NCBI GenBank assembly: GCA_951406725.2
Contig: OX597814.1
Location: 99,758,001 to 99,822,000 of the forward strand
Direction: 5' to 3'
DNA: 64,000 nt
Source of the DNA: Octopus vulgaris
Lineage: Eukaryota
Position numbers and translations under genes: made by a program. Numbering within the stretch: position 1 is the first letter of the stretch; each line of letters starts with the position of its first letter. This document shows positions 59,436 through 64,000 of the stretch, in pieces. The notes beneath the pieces were generated by a model. The model ran no database searches. It was not told the origin of the DNA and saw nothing but the letters and a program-made list of their open reading frames with translations.

Positions 59436-60806
59436 CTCTCTCTCTCTCACTCTCACACACACACACACCCACACATGTCATGCACACACGTACACAGACA
59501 GTTAGCAAGTAAAGCTTAACTTTACGTGTAGCTGATAAATATATCTTTTATGCCTCATCCTTCTTTGAAACTATTTCATTTCACTTCAGTCGCATTGGCT
59601 TCGGGAAATTTATTAACGTTGCTACTAGTTATTCAGACATCCGCCGAAAATACGACACGTTGTTGGAAATTACAAAAGTTTCATTTTTTTTTATATATGT
59701 TACCATTATATCATTTATACATTCGAATCGGTAAAAAGGCTTTTCAGTATTGCTTGCGACTCTTTACTTTCTGAACACAAATCCAAACAAAGTCTATTTT
59801 GCCGCTCATTATTTAGGGTCCATGAAATAAAGAACAATTTGAGTACTGGTGTCAATTATGCCAACAAAGTCCATTCCCTTAAAATTGAGGCCTTATACCT
59901 AAATTAGGAACAATTATTTCAGCATATATTAGAGCTGTGAATTGATAGAATTATTAGGACGTTCAACAAAATGTATATCATTATTTCGTTCGGGTTTTTG
60001 CAATATGAGTTCGAATCCTGCTAAAGCCAGTTTTGTTTCTCATCAAGTATTAGGCTGAATATAATAACCATTTCTCTTCCTCGAAATATGCGACGTTGTG
60101 TATGTACAAGAAACATTAACTTTTGTATTCATGCATTTTTTATGGATAGGCAGGATTTAATTATATATCCTGAATAATGCTTTTCGTAAACGCACATCGC
60201 TCAATCAGTATAAAAGCAGATACGTAGATATGTATAAAGATTGAACAACTTATGTTAAAAATATGAACAGATGACTAAGAAAAGAATATTATTAGATTAA
60301 ATTTGAATACGTGTTTTTATGTGAATTTGGTATTTTTCTTTTTAATTTTGTCTTGCTCGTGATAAGAACAGTAGCCAGTATTAAGGTAGTTCGAACAACA
60401 GAAACGAACCAGTTTAGCAACATTTCAATAAAAATACAAATCTTCTAATCGAACAAGTAGAGCTGGTAAATATTTGCTGCTAAACAAATCCATTGATTTA
60501 TATTCCTACTTCTAGTCGAGAGCGTTACAGAATCTTTTGGCCATTAAAGTGTTCAATAAAGACATAATGTTCCGAACTATAATAGCTGTTATGTGTCATT
60601 CACTATTGTGTCAGTTTAAGCGATAAATACTAGGCAGTGATAAAGGTGACTTATGCTGAGATAACAGTAACAGCTAAGAAAGTGATGAGTGCAAAAGACT
60701 TCCGGCAAATAATATATTATAAAAATGGCGCACATTTCTCCGCCATTCCGTCCACCTCGCCTCTACCTCTTCTATGGGATAAGCCTTCAATTGACTTCGC
60801 TATCAG

Positions 60807-61175
60807 CTATGATGGCGTTTCTTCCAGTTCTTTATTTCTCAAGTGATATAATTCGCATATGACAACTAGTAGATAAAGACTGCATAGACATACATATACA
60901 ATAGAAAGTTGAGTGTATTCACAAATAGTCGAAGAAATGGAAAGAAAATATTCAGCAAAAGTAAACAGAAAAGCGAGAGAAAGAGCGGAAAAATGAATTG
61001 TGAAATAAATGGTTACGAGCATTTCGACTTTTATATTACAGACAATTGTAAGACGGAAGATATTTCGAAAAGCTGTCAATATAATTGATAAAACTCCAGA
61101 TATCGTAATGGTTAGCATTTCGAATAGAAATAAATCGATTATGGCGAAGAAAACTAACGAAAGAATCATTTTCAT
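60807..61175 (-). CDS. Hypothetical 122 aa hydrophobic ORF, possible small multi-pass membrane protein
   Basis: ATG-initiated and non-repetitive, with 3-4 hydrophobic stretches and a charged tail RNKELEETPS. No recognised homology. Confidence 0.2.
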   Translation of the reverse strand: MKMILSLVFFAIIDLFLFEMLTITISGVLSIILTAFRNIFRLTIVCNIKVEMLVTIYFTIHFSALSLAFLFTFAEYFLSISSTICEYTQLSIVYVCLCSLYLLVVICELYHLRNKELEETPS

Positions 61176-62258
61176 TCCAATATCTTTATTGAATTGTTAA
61201 TGATGTTAAGTTTGAGATAGAATGTTTTTATTTGTTATCCATTCGTTCATTCATATAATCTCATTTCCTTCGGACTACTCATATCTGGTTTAAGATTGTG
61301 TTCGAGGTATGGAAGAAGGGGTAGGGTAGTATTTAATCTGAACAGATTAAATAATGCTGATAATATTCTCGGCTAGCATTATTCAGACTAAATAATAAAT
61401 TATATGGAATACAATTGTTAAAAAAATAGAATAAATATTTGCTAACATATACAAAATATTCAATGATATCGTACAATATTCATGCATTTTCAAGTTTTCC
61501 GTAAAATAGATAATGTTAGAGAAACTGTACTAAAATTACATTTCTAGGGAATTTTATACACATTCAGACAAAAATTGGACAAAGTAGTTAATTATATGTT
61601 AATTGCTTTTGCATTCATTCTATATTCTAATTCTGCTTTTTCTGACTTCAGCCACTGTGCTGCGGTCATGCTGGAGCATGGCGTTCTGGAGTTGTTAGCT
61701 GATACCAAGTCAAATACTTCAATTTGGTATTTATTGGTACAGACACAGACACGCACATACATATACATACATTATAATACACGCACGCACACACATTTTT
61801 TATCTTTTATTTGTGTCAGTCATAAGACAGCAGCCAAGCCAGGGTCCAACAAATTGGAGCCAGTATTTAATTCTTATAAGTCTGGCACTTATTCTATCGG
61901 ATTCTTTTGCAGAACAGACAGGTTACGAAGAATTAATTGAAGCCGGACAAGTTGTGCAGCAATGGAAGGACACGAGCACAGCAAGCATTCTGACTGCACT
62001 CATGCGTCGGAATTCAAGGACATGGATTTAGGCTGAGTTGAGACGACCATGTGAAGCTGTTGGTGACTGTGGTCAATCCCTGGAGAAAGTTGTTGCTGGA
62101 AGGGCATATGTATATAAATGTGTGTGTGCGCATTTGTATGTATATATATAATTATATGCATATACATATCTATTTACTGGCATACATGAATGTATTTCGC
62201 AAACTCGGGACTCAAGTCCAGGCACAATGTGCATCACCTTAGAAGTTTTACGTTCATT

Positions 62259-62500
62259 GAGGCGCGTAGCTTAGTGGTTAGGGTGTTGCAATCACGAGTT
62301 GTTTCGATTTTCATCCAGTACGATGCGTTGTGTTCTTGGACAAAACCATTCATATGACGTTGTTCCAGGCTAATCAGCGGGCAAAAATCAAGTAGTGTCT
62401 CTCAAATAAAAAAGAAAACAGGATCAAAACTCATTTCCGATCCATGGGATCGGTGTCCCATCCTGATGATGGGAATATAAACGCCACGAAACCCGGGTAA
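62259..62500 (+). mobile_element. Diverged SINE family B (others: 19050-19200 -, 31230-31400 -, 40095-40290 +, 55620-55770 -)
   Basis: GAGGCGCGTAGCTTAGTGGTTAGGG head and CORE-like segment. Confidence 0.75.
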
Positions 62501-62636
62501 TAAAATTCTAGTCCAATTGATTGTGAAGGAATTTTGATCACTTTATTTTTCTATTTGATAGAGAATGGTTGCTGAATAACATTTCCTGGAAACATACATA
62601 TGCATATGTACGCCTCTCCCTATCTCTCTCTCCTTT

Positions 62637-62707
<71 letters not shown>

Positions 62708-62786
62708 GCATGTATGTATATATACATATATATACACACACATATATGCATATATGTGTGCGCGTGCATGTGTGTATATATATATA

Positions 62787-62830
<44 letters not shown>

Positions 62831-63142
62831 GAGAGAGAGTGAGAGAGAGTGAGAGAGAAAAGGGTTAGAGGATGGGAAGAGAAAGTGAGCGATAGCCATC
62901 TATGTATCACTTTGAATCTGAATATATTGTAAAAGAGAATTAACTGCAATATTCGTTTCTGCTTAAAATACAATATATATATCATATGTATGTGTGTGTG
63001 TGTACATATTCCTGAGATAATTACAGTGCAGTCAGTAGTATCCATGGACGTCGTGTGGCTCATAATGTTGCATTCATTAATTCCACATGCGAATTGTTGG
63101 CGATTTTCTTCTTCCGTCTTCCCTTATATTAGACTTACCTCT

Positions 63143-63178
63143 GTTTCTGAAGAAGAGCGTCTGCTCGAAACGTTAAAC
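63143..63178 (+). ncRNA. Minimal type I hammerhead ribozyme motif in a Penelope-like terminal fragment (63090-63260)
   Basis: GTTT-CTGAAGA-A-GAGC gtct GCTC-GAAA-CG-TT-AAAC: intact core, 4 bp stem II, palindromic CG stem III, 4 bp stem I. The element ends at (TA)n. Confidence 0.75.
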
Positions 63179-63297
63179 CATCTTTCTTTCCTTCCTTGAG
63201 TTCCACGTACGTACTCGCGTTGTCTTTATTTGTGCTTGCTCTTTTTGGGATTTACTGTATATATATATATGCACACACGCATACACACACACACATT

Positions 63298-63392
<95 letters not shown>

Positions 63393-63701
63393 GATGAAAA
63401 TGAAAATCGTTTCAGCAGTGTATACTGAGTATGGCAGATAAGTCGTTAGATTTCTCAATAACGTGTCCTCACAACTAACCACAAACGTAAATGAAAGCGG
63501 ATATTCGCAACATTATTAAATATTTCTTCATACTTTTCCTGTATATCGATGTCAACAATTTACGTTTAGCATTTGTCAACAATAATTTAATATATATTCA
63601 AATAGTCACGCTAGAAACAAAGTCTCCACAAGCATTACATTTTCAAATTGCCCATTTCGAAAAATTCTTACTAGATATATAAATACATGCGCAGCATGGA
63701 A

Positions 63702-64000
63702 GCACTCCGTCGGTTACGACGACGAGGGTTCTGTTGATCCGAATCAAGGGAACAGCCTGCTCGTGAAATTAACGTGTAAGTGGCTGAGCACTCCACAGAC
63801 ACGTGTACCCTTAACGTAGTTCTCGGGGATATTCAGCGTAACACAGAGAGTGATATGGCCGGCCCTTTGAAATACAGGTACAACAGAAACAGGAAGTAAG
63901 AGTGAGAGAAAGTTGTGGTGAAAGAGTACAGCAGGGATCACCACCATCCCCTGCCGGAGCCTCGTGGAGCTTTAGGTGTTTTCGCTCAATAAACACTCAC
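63702..64000 (-). mobile_element. SINE family B variant, runs off the window end
   Basis: Tail matches 15270-15438; middle matches 10230-10340. Confidence 0.88.

Noticed and set aside
62459-62502. CTGATGA-TGG...CCAC-GAAA-CCCGGG-TA hammerhead-like match
   Set aside because: It lies in the T2 tail of a SINE whose other copies lack CTGATGA, and no stem I can form, so it is likely coincidental.

Overview
Eukaryotic, AT-rich, gene-poor window packed with microsatellites and repeats. The tRNA-headed SINE families resemble those I recall from Octopus genomes, so an octopod source is inferred, not database-checked. No host protein-coding gene can be firmly supported: most listed ORFs are microsatellite read-through or transposon debris. 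Contents: one young 5'-truncated R4/Dong-type non-LTR retrotransposon with an uninterrupted RT-CCHC-REL frame (42503-44547) and six older relatives; two decayed L1/Tx1-type elements; mariner, Tc1 and hAT relics; about 30 SINE copies in three families; and many Penelope-like terminal fragments. Most interesting: (1) about ten minimal type I hammerhead-ribozyme motifs from several distinct families, mostly in short elements ending at (TA)n and often in inverted pairs; (2) a ~250 bp palindrome made of two hammerhead-bearing ends; (3) a near-perfect ~575 bp fold-back of flanking DNA joined exactly to the 5' junction of the young Dong insertion; (4) Dong relatives ending in (GAA)n instead of (TAA)n; (5) module shuffling within one SINE family. 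Boundaries of decayed elements are approximate.
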